64,000 nt of DNA from Candidatus Bathyarchaeum tardum (GTDB lineage: Archaea; Thermoproteota; Bathyarchaeia; Bathyarchaeales; Bathyarchaeaceae), in NCBI GenBank assembly GCA_024650005.2, contig CP122380.1, positions 928,001-992,000 on the forward strand, read 5' to 3'. The notes under the pieces are model-generated. The model saw only the letters and a program-made list of their open reading frames with translations. It ran no database searches and was not told the origin of the DNA. Of the stretch, positions 36,441 through 49,261 are shown in pieces (positions within the stretch are counted from its first letter, which is position 1; each line of letters begins with the position of its first letter). A program made the position numbers and the translations under genes.

Positions 36441-37595
36441 CTATGAAAGTATGTCTTCGCTTTTACTGTTGTTTATTGAGTTTTTTGGGGCTTTTCTTTT
36501 GTCATAGCTGGTGGTGGATGAACCAATTATTTTATTGATTACCGGGATTTTTTGCAACGGATAAACCACTGCTATGCAAATTAGCAATGTAACTGCCGTG
36601 ATTAGGGGTACTTCTATGAAAGGATTCATTGTTGTTATGCTTATCCTGAAACCAAAAAAACCCATTTGTAACGATTGTAAAACCATCACATGAAACAGGA
36701 AAATGAAAATAGTATTTTGACCAATTATGGTCAATAAGGATTTGATGAAAGGAATCTTTGTTTCTATAGTTTTAACGGAAATGTTTGTTAACAACATAAA
36801 CAACGTGAGTGAAATTCCAATCATGCTAAAACTGTAGCAAGAAACAAAGAAATGGCCATATTCTGGTCCCAAGATTAAACCTGCAAAGTAAGTTCCAATG
36901 GTTGTGTATACAAAACCCAAAAATAGCAAAATGAAAAGAACCCTTGACCGTATGTGAACTTTTAATGCATACGCCCCTAAAAGAAAGTAACCTACCCAGC
37001 CTGTTAATATGAAAACGTTGCCGCTGAGCTGGTATGCACCAAATAAACCTATTAGGGGAACAACTGCGGTGCCTAAAAACCACAATATTGCTAAGAACGT
37101 GAAAGTTTTCCTGTCAATGTAAGCTACCATTATGCGCAAAACTGGAGTAAGCAAGTATATTCCAATTAATGCATAAAAATACCAAAAATGAAAGTAAGGG
37201 CCATTCAAAGCGCCCTGCAAAACAGCTTCTGTGGTAAGTACTTCACCGTTAACGTAGATGCGCCACAAAAAATATATGATTCCCCAAAACAGGAATGGTG
37301 GCCCTATTCTTATTGCCCTTTTTTTAAAGAAAACTCCAAGGGATTCATCCAGTTTGGTTGGTTGTAAAAGTAAGGCTCCACTTAACATAAGAAATAATGG
37401 GACTCCAGGTTGAGAAATTGAATTGTATATGTCTCTTGCTAACTTTAGTTCCAATGCTTCTGATGCAGACAGATTAGTTGCTGGAGTTGTTTCTGTTGCA
37501 GCATGAAATAAGATTACTAATACTATTGCAAAAGTTCGAATAAGGTTCACGGGAATCGAAAGGCATTCTCCATCCGGATTACTTTTTTTTCCCAT
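36441..37595 (-). CDS. Acyltransferase family 3 membrane protein
   Basis: IRTFAIVLVILFH, VPLFLMLSG, KKRAIRI, FHFWYFY; about 10 TM helices. Confidence 0.9.
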   Translation of the reverse strand: MGKKSNPDGECLSIPVNLIRTFAIVLVILFHAATETTPATNLSASEALELKLARDIYNSISQPGVPLFLMLSGALLLQPTKLDESLGVFFKKRAIRIGPPFLFWGIIYFLWRIYVNGEVLTTEAVLQGALNGPYFHFWYFYALIGIYLLTPVLRIMVAYIDRKTFTFLAILWFLGTAVVPLIGLFGAYQLSGNVFILTGWVGYFLLGAYALKVHIRSRVLFILLFLGFVYTTIGTYFAGLILGPEYGHFFVSCYSFSMIGISLTLFMLLTNISVKTIETKIPFIKSLLTIIGQNTIFIFLFHVMVLQSLQMGFFGFRISITTMNPFIEVPLITAVTLLICIAVVYPLQKIPVINKIIGSSTTSYDKRKAPKNSINNSKSEDILS

Positions 37596-37729
37596 ATCTC
37601 CCCAGATTTATTATATTAAATAATACATTAATATATTTTGTTATCCATCATAAATGATGCTCTAATTATCAAAAAGACATATTTTGCTGGTGTTATTTTA
37701 AAAATATGCATGAATGTATTATTATGATT

Positions 37730-38443
37730 TCATCCTGTGGTCGAAATGGCTTGGTAAATTGTTTCGGTAATTATTGAAACGCCTTCAATGTTTGGGTGAA
37801 TTCCATCTCCAAAATATTCTGGATAATCTGTTAATGCAGTGTTAATGTCAATGGTTGGCAAATCTAATTCTATTGCTACTTGTTTGATTTGGGGTATGAC
37901 TTGTTGCTCAAGAATCATGTTATCCCAATAATAGTCGTTATAATAAATTGGTGGAGGAGTCACCAGCCAAATTTCTGGATTGGTTGGAAGACTCTGATAA
38001 TTATTAATTAATTCTTTGTAATCTGACGAAAAATTATCAATGCCCCCATTAATGTTTGATTGGGCATCATTGGTTCCTAGCATGATGATCACAATTTCTG
38101 GATGGAACGCTTTTGACTGTCTGAAAGCATTTTGGTTAACATATGGCTTACTTGAGTGATATACTACCGTTGATGCTGAAACTCCAAAATTGTTAACGTT
38201 GTAATTATCTCCAAGTTTGGTTTGAAGGCTTTCTGGATATCCAAAACCAAAGGTGATGCTGTCGCCTACGCATGCAACGCGAATTGTGTCGTTTGTAATT
38301 GTTTGCGGTTGAACAGACAACGCCATCAAGCCAGAGCAGCTAATCAGAGCGATGATTGCAATTGCAAACAGTGGTTTTTTTGTTATCAACATCTTTAACC
38401 AATTATCTGCAAAGTAAAGGTTTACCCCTAAGCTGTATTGCAA
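37730..38443 (-). CDS. Secreted SGNH/GDSL esterase
   Basis: GDSIT, NFGVSA, LGTND, DGIHP blocks; N-terminal signal helix. Confidence 0.9.
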   Translation of the reverse strand: MQYSLGVNLYFADNWLKMLITKKPLFAIAIIALISCSGLMALSVQPQTITNDTIRVACVGDSITFGFGYPESLQTKLGDNYNVNNFGVSASTVVYHSSKPYVNQNAFRQSKAFHPEIVIIMLGTNDAQSNINGGIDNFSSDYKELINNYQSLPTNPEIWLVTPPPIYYNDYYWDNMILEQQVIPQIKQVAIELDLPTIDINTALTDYPEYFGDGIHPNIEGVSIITETIYQAISTTG

Positions 38444-38756
38444 ATATTTTAAGTTTTACTAAAAAAATGAAGCACTAAATAATCTTTTAATTATATTTTT
38501 TGAAAATGCTAAGGTGACTACTTAGAAAATATATATATTTCATTTACACATCTCTTACATTTATTAAAAATTAAAAACAATTTTTAAAGAAAGCACCCAT
38601 CTTCAACACATAAAAACTTGCTGTTGATGCATTTATTTTATCATGTACATTTCTTTTTCATAACACATAAATAGTTCCAAAACACTTATGAAATGGTAGA
38701 TTTTTAGTTGAAAATTAAGGTTTTCAACAAGATTTCATACAATTCGATTTTTTTAA

Positions 38757-40955
<2,199 letters not shown>

Positions 40956-41019
40956 TGATAAAAATATGAGACAGTTTGTCCAATTCTAATTTAGTTTAGA
41001 TTTGTGCCCTAGCTATGAT

Positions 41020-41059
41020 GGAGAAATCATTCGGTATTTCTCCTTCTTTTTTCTTTTTT
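41020..41059 (+). terminator. Hairpin plus T-tract after katG
   Basis: ggagaaat/atttctcc stem followed by T-rich run. Confidence 0.45.
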
Positions 41060-41176
41060 ATTCTTTTTAAAGTCAGCATTATCATTGATTGTTTGAGAGT
41101 TACTGTGGGCTGTTTTTGTCGATTTTCAGAAAACGTAAATACCGCCAAAACACTAGTCAAACTGGTGAATTTTTAG

Positions 41177-41959
41177 TTGAAAATTGCTGTTTCCGGTAAA
41201 GGTGGAGTTGGTAAAACTTTAGTTTCAGGAACTCTTGCGAGTTACTTTGCAAAAAAAGGCTATAAAGTAATGGCTATCGATGCTGACCCCTCACCTAATC
41301 TTGCTTTAACTTTGGGAATCCCTGTTGAAGAAGCAAACAAGATTCTTCCAATATCTGAAAACAAAGAATTATTAGAAGAAAAAACCAAAACGGACTACCC
41401 TGGAGTATACAAACTTCATTTTACTGTAGATGACATAATAGAAGAAAACGGCGTGAAATCCCCTTACGGTGTTAACCTGTTAGTAATGGGGACAGTCAAA
41501 GCAGCTGGCAGCGGATGCGCATGTGGAGCAAACTCGGTAGTGCGGGAGCTGCTTCGTTATTTGATAGTGGATCGGGATGAAATAGTAATTGTTGACATGG
41601 AAGCAGGAGTAGAACACATGGGAAGGGGCACAGCCAGTCAAGTTGACGCTATGATAGTAGTTGCAGATTCCAGCAGGAAAGCTTTAGAAATTGCCAAAAA
41701 ACTCAATTTGTTTGCCCATCAGGCAGGAATTAAGAAAGTTTACATTGTTGGTAACAGGGTCCGAGAATCCATAGAAAAAGAGTTAATCACTAATTTCACC
41801 AATGAAAACGAGCTTGAGTTGCTTGCTTTGATTCCATACGATATAACGGTGGTGCAGGCGGACCGGCTTGGTGAAGCTCCCCTAAAGTATGCAGAAACTT
41901 CTGAAAGTGTAAAGGCGATTCAAACCATTGGAGAAAAGCTTCTTCAAGACTTCGGTTGA
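41177..41959 (+). CDS. cooC: CooC/AcsF-type nickel-insertion ATPase
   Basis: GKGGVGKT, IDADP, GCAC, DMEAGVEH. Confidence 0.88.
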   Translation: MKIAVSGKGGVGKTLVSGTLASYFAKKGYKVMAIDADPSPNLALTLGIPVEEANKILPISENKELLEEKTKTDYPGVYKLHFTVDDIIEENGVKSPYGVNLLVMGTVKAAGSGCACGANSVVRELLRYLIVDRDEIVIVDMEAGVEHMGRGTASQVDAMIVVADSSRKALEIAKKLNLFAHQAGIKKVYIVGNRVRESIEKELITNFTNENELELLALIPYDITVVQADRLGEAPLKYAETSESVKAIQTIGEKLLQDFG

Positions 41960-42402
41960 GTTTCCAAATTCAGGTTTGGAAAACTTTGAGTCAACAACAA
42001 ATCAAAGCAATCTTGGAAACCTATCGTACCGTAGCGGTTGTAGGGCTTTCCAAGGATTCCTCTAAACATAGTCACAGAGTAGCACGTTATCTTCAAGCTG
42101 CAGGTTATCATGTTATTCCTGTTAATCCTTTTGTTGACAACGTTTTAGGGGAAAAAGCATATAAAAGTCTCCTTGATGTGCCTGAACCCATAGATATCGT
42201 AGACATTTTTAGGCCCTCAGATGAAGTTTTACCCGTAATAGAAGAAGCTGTAAAACTAAAAACAAAGTTTGGTTATCCCCACGTAGTCTGGATGCAAGAA
42301 GGGATAATCAATGAACAAGCCGCCCAACAAGCAAAACAAGCAGGACTCACGGTAGTAATGGACCACTGTATGATGAAAGAACACAAACGCCAAAAAAATT
42401 AA
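41956..42402 (+). CDS. CoA-binding domain protein (YccU-like)
   Basis: VAVVGLS, PVNP, DIVDIFR, VWMQEG, DHCMM. Confidence 0.9.
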   Translation: MSFQIQVWKTLSQQQIKAILETYRTVAVVGLSKDSSKHSHRVARYLQAAGYHVIPVNPFVDNVLGEKAYKSLLDVPEPIDIVDIFRPSDEVLPVIEEAVKLKTKFGYPHVVWMQEGIINEQAAQQAKQAGLTVVMDHCMMKEHKRQKN

Positions 42403-42424
42403 TCAACAATATTCTTTAGTTATT

Positions 42425-43438
42425 TTAACGGGATGCCCAAAGACCTACAAGCTGCGACGCTTCTTTGAAGGGATTCTTTAGCATCATCGAAACTCCTGCT
42501 GTGCATTCCAGCCAGCATCCTTTGCATTTTGATACTTGGCGCCATCCTTTTGTGTTTCTTTGTTTTAAGATTGTATCAATGGAGTCAGTTGTTGCGTCTC
42601 CAAGAATAAGGTCTGACCGTGCAGGGCAAGCCAAAAGTTTTCCTTCTGGATTTATGGCAACGTATAGTTCTCCTGCGTGGCATATTTTTGGGGCTGTTCC
42701 TTGGAAGAATTGTTCAAAACCTTTGATGAATTCTGTTGGTAAGGCTAAGAAACTGGGGTCTGAGCGCTTAAGAGCCAACAAGTAATCCATAAGAAAAGAA
42801 ACTTGTTGTTTGCTGGGTATATTTTCTGGCGTTGGCGGATAAGGATGCATTGGTTGAACTTGAGCAATGTCAACAATGCTGCGCAGTTCTTCAATAAATT
42901 CAGGCAAAACATCGATGTTCCATGGTGTGGCAACACTGTTCACTCCAGTTTTTACTCCATGAGCCTTCAACAGTTTTATGGCTTCAATTGCCTTCTCGTA
43001 TGTTCCGGGAACTCCCCTTATTTCATCATGCATCCGTTTTGGTCCATCAAGGGACACCACAACAGTGTCAAAAACGCCTGCAACTTCGACAATTATGTTT
43101 TCAGTCAGCAAGGTTCCATTGGTGTTCATGCTTACCAAACAACCATGAGAAGCAACTCTTTTGGCAAGCACAATCAAATCTTTGCGTAAGAGAGGTTCAC
43201 CGCCGCTGAGGTCAAAAAATGGGACTCCTAAATTGCAAACTGCATCTATAGCAGCTAACGCTTTTTTTGTTGAAAGTTCAGGGATTTCATGTTTCCACCA
43301 TTCACAAAATTTGCATTTCATGTTACACCTGCCTGTAACGTTATATGATGCAAAAAGTGGTGTAGGTCGTCCTGCCTTGAATTTGAGAAATCCACTGATT
43401 ACTTTAGGGGCTAACTGGCTGGTTTTCATTTTTTTCAT
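42425..43438 (-). CDS. Radical SAM protein with SPASM/twitch-like C-terminus
   Basis: CNMKCKFC, SGGEPLLR, CHAG...ACP...CKGCWLEC. Confidence 0.9.
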   Translation of the reverse strand: MKKMKTSQLAPKVISGFLKFKAGRPTPLFASYNVTGRCNMKCKFCEWWKHEIPELSTKKALAAIDAVCNLGVPFFDLSGGEPLLRKDLIVLAKRVASHGCLVSMNTNGTLLTENIIVEVAGVFDTVVVSLDGPKRMHDEIRGVPGTYEKAIEAIKLLKAHGVKTGVNSVATPWNIDVLPEFIEELRSIVDIAQVQPMHPYPPTPENIPSKQQVSFLMDYLLALKRSDPSFLALPTEFIKGFEQFFQGTAPKICHAGELYVAINPEGKLLACPARSDLILGDATTDSIDTILKQRNTKGWRQVSKCKGCWLECTAGVSMMLKNPFKEASQLVGLWASR

Positions 43439-43496
43439 ATTCCACGTTTGTTCCGAGATAAAGAACCTCGGAACTAGATGATAATGTGTTAGCAGA

Positions 43497-44099
43497 TTAG
43501 TTTTGTTGTTTCATACGTTCGTACATTTTTTCTAAAGTCCACCGAATCGAAGACTTTACTTCTCGTGAACGTTCAGGGCGAAGATTCTTGATTACTATCT
43601 CCTTCATGATGTTGCCCTCCTGTTTTATGTCAAAAGACAACACTTTATCAGGGTCCAACTTGCCGGAGTTGGCATCTTCTTTGTCTTTTTCATGCATGTT
43701 TGTTAGGACTCTTTCCACAAAAAATGACGTGAATGGAGGCGTAGTAATGTCAAATTTTTTGTCCTCAGGAAAAATTATGTGCAAGGTATCTTTTTCCGAG
43801 ACAAATTCTGCCAAAACATCCCCTGTTATTGTCTTCAGAGGGGTTCCTTTTCGTTGAGGTGCAACTGGTTGAGGTTTTGTTACTGGTTTAGGAGATACTT
43901 GCTGTGGAGTTTGAGTTGGCATAGGTTTTTGGATTTCTGCTCTTTTGAAGCTTTGTTGAACCAGTGTGGAATCAATTAAATTGAGTAAGGTTCTTTGTTC
44001 ATCCAGTTCTGCTTCAAGTTCTAGTATTTTTTTCTCGATGTTGGCACGAAGCTTTGCTACCTTTTTGATTTGTTCTTTTTCGTCGTTTTGTTCACTCAT
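43497..44099 (-). CDS. Conserved hypothetical coiled-coil protein
   Basis: N-terminal coiled coil, PPFTSFF, SIRWTLEKMYE. Confidence 0.75.
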   Translation of the reverse strand: MSEQNDEKEQIKKVAKLRANIEKKILELEAELDEQRTLLNLIDSTLVQQSFKRAEIQKPMPTQTPQQVSPKPVTKPQPVAPQRKGTPLKTITGDVLAEFVSEKDTLHIIFPEDKKFDITTPPFTSFFVERVLTNMHEKDKEDANSGKLDPDKVLSFDIKQEGNIMKEIVIKNLRPERSREVKSSIRWTLEKMYERMKQQN

Positions 44100-44264
44100 T
44101 ATTTTTTTCCTTCTGGATGATGCTAAACCTTGTGTGTTAGACTATTAACCCCATAAGATGTATGAAACTACCTCTTTTAAGTTTGATTTATCTTCAAGGA
44201 ATTATTATATAGCTACTGTTGAACATTTTTTTCAAAGAAAAATAGATTTTAGGTGAGAAACTGA

Positions 44265-44927
44265 ATGTTGCCAAAAGTAGTTTTACATAATTCTGTTAGT
44301 TTGGATGAATCGTTAACTAATTTTCAAGTAAACATGGAACTACATTACCAGATTGCAGGCAATTATAATGCTGACGCTCATCTGATTGGCTCAAAAACAA
44401 TGACCGCTGGTTTTGAATTGTTCAATGAACCCATTCCTGAAGAAAACAAATCAGATTTTGAAAAACCAAATCGCTCTAACAGTCTTCCGTACTGGGTTAC
44501 CGTGGATTCTAAAGGCATTTTGCAAGGGGTACTTCATGCCTGCAGGCGTTTAGAATACAGCAGAGATATCATTGTATTAATCACTGAAGAAACGCCGCAA
44601 GAATACGTTGAATATCTTCAAGAAAGAAACTACCATTTTCATGTTGTAGGAAAAAAACACGTTGACTTAAAATGTGCCCTCGAGCTACTTTCCCAAAAAT
44701 ATGGCGTAAAAACAGTTTTGGCAGACACCGGGCGGGTGCTGGGGAACTTGCTGTTGAATCAAAGTTTAGTCACTGAAATCAGTTTACTAGTGCATCCAGT
44801 TATTGTTGGACCTAGCTGTTACGGGATGTTTTTAGATTCTAAAAACTTGAAACTGAATTTGATTCACAACGAAACTTTTGACAAAAAATATGTTTGGCTA
44901 GTCTACACTGTTGAAAAAGAACAGTAA
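44265..44927 (+). CDS. RibD C-terminal domain (dihydrofolate reductase-like) protein
   Basis: VVLHNSVSLD, VDSKG, EISLLVHPVIVG. Confidence 0.85.
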   Translation: MLPKVVLHNSVSLDESLTNFQVNMELHYQIAGNYNADAHLIGSKTMTAGFELFNEPIPEENKSDFEKPNRSNSLPYWVTVDSKGILQGVLHACRRLEYSRDIIVLITEETPQEYVEYLQERNYHFHVVGKKHVDLKCALELLSQKYGVKTVLADTGRVLGNLLLNQSLVTEISLLVHPVIVGPSCYGMFLDSKNLKLNLIHNETFDKKYVWLVYTVEKEQ

Positions 44928-44934
44928 ATTAAGA

Positions 44935-46695
44935 TTAACCATCAATTTTTTTGTGCTGATTTCGGTACATTTCAACAATTTCTTTTGGGGTTGTTGCGTC
45001 TTCAGCTGCTTTATCTACTCTGTATTTGCCCGTGAATCGTGGAAATCGTATGGCAACTCCACTGCCTTCACGTATGATTCCAATTGCACATGTGTGAACT
45101 GGACTTAACGTTAAATCTGCACCCCTGATTTCAATAACAACTGCTGGTTCAAACCAAACATCAACATCAATTTTTGATTCAACCCGTGGATGTTTATGCT
45201 TGATTTTATGTACATTAAGAAGTTGCGGAAGTTTTTCAAGATCTGCATCAGTTAATCCTGTTCCAACTTTTGTTACCGTTTCAAAAACGTCAGAGTCTGG
45301 GTTATACGCTGCAAGAAGAAAAGTGCCATATGTTCCTGCTCTTTTTCCTCTTCCATGAATTGCTCCTACTATCACAAGGTCTACTGTGTCAGTCATTTCT
45401 GTGCGATAATCTCGCTTGTATTTTATCCACAGCCAGCCTCGGGCACCTGCTTGATACACTGAATCCTCGTTAACGGATTTGCATATTATTCCTTCACTGC
45501 CTTCGGCGACAGTTTTTCCAAAGAACTTTTCTAGCTCTTCTGGGTCTTCGGCAAGGATGCTTTCTGCAACTTTTATGCTGTCAGTCTGTTCAACAATATT
45601 CTTGAGATACTTATGGCGAACTGAATAAGGTTGCTGGGTTAAGTCTTTTCCGTCAACATATAAAACGTCAAACATGAACAAAACGATAGGGTGCTCTTTC
45701 ATTGCCTCTTGGATTCCATATTTTCGCCTGCGATGCATCAGTTCTTGAAAGGGTTTCATTTCTTTCGTATGAGGGTCAATGGCAACAGCTTCAGCTTCTA
45801 CTATTGCCTGCTCGGCTTTAACATGTTCACGAATATACTTAACCCCGTCTGGGTATTGATCAGTAATATTTTCTAGCCTACGAGAAAACAAGATAACTTC
45901 ATCTTTGTTTTTGTGCGCCTGCACCCGTTCTCCGTCATACTTGTATTCAGCAATGCATTTTCCTCCTAGTTTCTCAATAATTTCTTCCGAGGAACCCAAC
46001 CGTTCAGCAAGCATCGGACGAATTGGCTCTCCTGTCATTACTTTGAATTTATTGATTCCTTCCATTCCTTCTTCAGAAACGATTTTTGCGACTCTGCCTA
46101 AATCAGAAGAAATATTGTAAGCCCGCTCCAAAGGTTTACGGGTTTCTTTTCCTCCACCAAAAGCAATTGCTAATGCATCCAATACGGTCATGTCTGCAAT
46201 TCCCAGCCTTAAACTGCCTGTTACTGTTCGGACAATATATTTTGCTTCACTGGGGGATGCGTCAGACAAAAGACCTGCTAAAAGGGCTAACTTCTGGTCG
46301 ACTGAACCTGAACCCCCTGCTTTTGCGATTTTATCTAGGGTATCATAGACCCTTTGAACTGTTAAAGGAGTAGAAAAAAATGTTGACTGGGTTTTCTTTT
46401 CCATAAACTTTTGGGTCGTTTCCCCAAGGTCTCCAATTGTCTGAAGCTCTTTTTCTATTTGAGTGTCCCTATGGCCTGCAGCCTTGGCAACGGCACGAAT
46501 TGCCATTTTTTCAGCAATTCCAATTTCTATACCAACAAAATCAGGATACAGTTTCCCCTGAGTCAAGTATACAACTTTGTCGATAATGTTAGTTGGCGTT
46601 TTTTTCAAGACTTCAACTAGATAATCTGTCATTTCAAGACGTTTTGTTGTTGCCTCAATTTTTTCGTAAGCCTCAGCAATACTAGAATACTTCAA
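44935..46695 (-). CDS. lig: ATP-dependent DNA ligase
   Basis: PMLAERL, EYKYDGERVQ, WIKYKRDY, IRFPRF. Confidence 0.97.
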   Translation of the reverse strand: MKYSSIAEAYEKIEATTKRLEMTDYLVEVLKKTPTNIIDKVVYLTQGKLYPDFVGIEIGIAEKMAIRAVAKAAGHRDTQIEKELQTIGDLGETTQKFMEKKTQSTFFSTPLTVQRVYDTLDKIAKAGGSGSVDQKLALLAGLLSDASPSEAKYIVRTVTGSLRLGIADMTVLDALAIAFGGGKETRKPLERAYNISSDLGRVAKIVSEEGMEGINKFKVMTGEPIRPMLAERLGSSEEIIEKLGGKCIAEYKYDGERVQAHKNKDEVILFSRRLENITDQYPDGVKYIREHVKAEQAIVEAEAVAIDPHTKEMKPFQELMHRRRKYGIQEAMKEHPIVLFMFDVLYVDGKDLTQQPYSVRHKYLKNIVEQTDSIKVAESILAEDPEELEKFFGKTVAEGSEGIICKSVNEDSVYQAGARGWLWIKYKRDYRTEMTDTVDLVIVGAIHGRGKRAGTYGTFLLAAYNPDSDVFETVTKVGTGLTDADLEKLPQLLNVHKIKHKHPRVESKIDVDVWFEPAVVIEIRGADLTLSPVHTCAIGIIREGSGVAIRFPRFTGKYRVDKAAEDATTPKEIVEMYRNQHKKIDG

Positions 46696-46770
46696 CTGGA
46701 AACTTCCTCACAACTAGAAGGGTTCACTGTAATATATTAAAAATGTTAAAACAAACTTCTATCTACTAGC

Positions 46771-47091
46771 TTATTTTTTTGCTAATAGTAATAGTCCACA
46801 GAATATGTTTAGTGCGCCGGTTATTCCGAGGACTATCATGAACATTGGGTTTAGGAACATGCTGATGGACATTATAATGCTGTAGGCGGATAAGCAAACG
46901 ATAAAGATTCCTACTGCGAACATGGCTAAGGACAAGATTCTGCCAATCATCTTTACTACTTTGAAGACGTCCAAGGCTTCTGTTCCAGTGGTGTCTTTAA
47001 AGATTGGTGTTTTTTTCGGCAAGTAATCTGGGGCACGAACAGAAATCTCATTGTCTTTTTTGCGTTTTTTCGCCAACTTTTTCACATCCAA
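46771..47091 (-). CDS. Small two-TM membrane protein
   Basis: Two hydrophobic helices; co-oriented with APC permease. Confidence 0.7.
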   Translation of the reverse strand: MDVKKLAKKRKKDNEISVRAPDYLPKKTPIFKDTTGTEALDVFKVVKMIGRILSLAMFAVGIFIVCLSAYSIIMSISMFLNPMFMIVLGITGALNIFCGLLLLAKK

Positions 47092-47110
47092 TATTATTTT
47101 TCCAAATTTG

Positions 47111-48610
47111 TTAATCAGGCTTATGTGCAGACGCCACGATGTTTAGCATGCCTGCAATTATAGTAATTAATCCTACTAGAATAATTATAGGGAACACCGA
47201 AAGAGGTGCAATACCTGGTGCTACTATCAGCAGAGTAATTCCTACTCCCAAACATATTCCCCCAACGGCAACTCGTAAACGGTCAAAGTCGATTTCCCGT
47301 TTCACCATCCGTAGATAATAAGTAACCAAAACAACTGCTACTATGCCTAAACTGGATAGCAAGGCGCTGAAAGCGTTAACATCTCCTAGAAGTAATGGAA
47401 ACCCAAGCAACAAAATAGACATCACAATTCCCGCCAGAGGCGTCAAAGGATACAAGGGAGCTTTGAAAGGTCTGTCTAATCGTGGCATTTTTCTGCGAAG
47501 TTTAATCAATGACAAGTTAACCAAAGCAAAAACCAGCAAAGAACCAAAACTCGCTGCGTAACCAAGAAACACTGCAGCTCCACTGGTGCCAAAAAATATC
47601 ACGAAAAGTGAACTGACAATTATTGCGATATAACGTGTTCCAAAATGTTTATGAACTTTTTGTAATGTCTGGGGGATGTATCCGTCTCTGCTCATTCCGC
47701 AAAGTAAACCTGATTGAACCGACATTGCAGTTCCCACTGATGAAAGGCTCGCAAAAATACCTGCCAGTGCAAAAAGAATTGCGCCAATAGGACCAAGAAT
47801 AGTTGAAGCAGCAAGGTTTAGCAACGGCGGATCAGTTGCTGTTCTTGGGATATCTGCTGGAACTATTCCCACTGCAACAAATGCAACTGCGAAATAAACT
47901 ACTGTCAATAACACTGTGGTGATGAGCAACGCTCGGGGAACATTTTTTCCTGGATTTTTAATCTCTGGGGCACCTGCTATTAATGCGCGCATTCCAACAA
48001 ACATCGGGAAAAGAAAAGCTGTTGTGGCAAAAAATGTTGCTAGGCTGTCTCCTGAAAAATCTGGAACGATATTTTGTGGGGTTAGTGTGTGTCCGATGCT
48101 TGTGAATAGAAATATTATGAATATTGCCAAAAATCCGCCTACTATGAGGATGTTTGCTTCATCTATTCCTCGAATTGCCAGAATTACAAGTATTGCAACT
48201 ATTACTACAATTAATATCGATGTGTTGACCAAAATTAGGTCCTGAATCGAAGGGGCAAAAACTGAAAACAACACCCCCAGTTGTTGAACAAATACTACTG
48301 TAGCGAGGGCTCCACCAAAAATGCTGGCTAACCATCTCAGGGAACCTGCCATAAATGATATAATTCCTCCAAATGCAACTTTGGTGTATGTATATTCCCC
48401 TCCGACTTCGGGTAAGGCTGCGCTGAGTTCGCTGTAGCTGAGCATGGTTATTAGGTTTATTATGCTGCCGAAGAACAATGCAGATACCATGCTGGGTCCT
48501 GCTAAATCAAAGTATGCATAGTTTAATAATGCAAAAATTTCGAAGCCTATGGCACCGCCTAATCCCATTATTACTGCGCCAAATAGACCATGTTTTTTTT
48601 CGTCAGCCAA
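47111..48610 (-). CDS. APC-family amino acid permease
   Basis: GGAIGFEIF, YSELSAALPEVGGEY, EIKNPGKNVPRA, RPFKAPLYP. Confidence 0.92.
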   Translation of the reverse strand: MADEKKHGLFGAVIMGLGGAIGFEIFALLNYAYFDLAGPSMVSALFFGSIINLITMLSYSELSAALPEVGGEYTYTKVAFGGIISFMAGSLRWLASIFGGALATVVFVQQLGVLFSVFAPSIQDLILVNTSILIVVIVAILVILAIRGIDEANILIVGGFLAIFIIFLFTSIGHTLTPQNIVPDFSGDSLATFFATTAFLFPMFVGMRALIAGAPEIKNPGKNVPRALLITTVLLTVVYFAVAFVAVGIVPADIPRTATDPPLLNLAASTILGPIGAILFALAGIFASLSSVGTAMSVQSGLLCGMSRDGYIPQTLQKVHKHFGTRYIAIIVSSLFVIFFGTSGAAVFLGYAASFGSLLVFALVNLSLIKLRRKMPRLDRPFKAPLYPLTPLAGIVMSILLLGFPLLLGDVNAFSALLSSLGIVAVVLVTYYLRMVKREIDFDRLRVAVGGICLGVGITLLIVAPGIAPLSVFPIIILVGLITIIAGMLNIVASAHKPD

Positions 48611-48631
48611 ATTGTTTTTCTCCTTTGGTTT

Positions 48632-48874
48632 TTATCTCCACCATTCTCGAATCAAAAAGAACCCGTTTATTATTGAAAATAGGCTGAACAGTCCTAGAAT
48701 CAGCAGATATATTGGTAAAAATTCAGTGGGTAAATTGAATAATGTTTGGATTTCAAGAAAGTTAAAAAACAGCATAACCGTTGCCGCTCCTGCTATTATT
48801 CCTATTCCTCCTTGGGCTGCACCAAATATTATTGACAGGATTCTTCTGTTTTCCATGTTTTTTACCTTCGCCAA
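48632..48874 (-). CDS. Small two-TM membrane protein
   Basis: Two hydrophobic helices; same operon. Confidence 0.7.
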   Translation of the reverse strand: MAKVKNMENRRILSIIFGAAQGGIGIIAGAATVMLFFNFLEIQTLFNLPTEFLPIYLLILGLFSLFSIINGFFLIREWWR

Positions 48875-49086
48875 AGTATTATTCCGGCTATTAGATCAAT
48901 TGCACCTATCATTAACAGTAATCCTAGGACTAGATTCTGAAGGTTTTCTGTTTCAATGATGTTAACGTCAATTAACCCCATGGTGTTGGCGATAAAAACT
49001 CCAGTTATTACAATTCCTACAAAAATCAGAAAACCCCCTAGGGCAACTGCCAGTCTGATATTCCACTTTTTATCGTTTAACACCAT
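48862..49086 (-). CDS. Small two-TM membrane protein
   Basis: Two hydrophobic helices; first gene of operon. Confidence 0.7.
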   Translation of the reverse strand: MVLNDKKWNIRLAVALGGFLIFVGIVITGVFIANTMGLIDVNIIETENLQNLVLGLLLMIGAIDLIAGIILWRR

Positions 49087-49261
49087 TTTTGGAAACCTTT
49101 CAATAGTATATGTTTTGAGTCTTTTATTTTTTTAATATTATTAAGTCTAATCAGAAATCAACGTTTGACTTCATTAATTTTTGCTCAATCTGGGGTTATC
49201 CATGGTTGTTTAAACAAGATTTAAGAACAACTGCCAACGTTGAACATGCTGGAGCGATATT

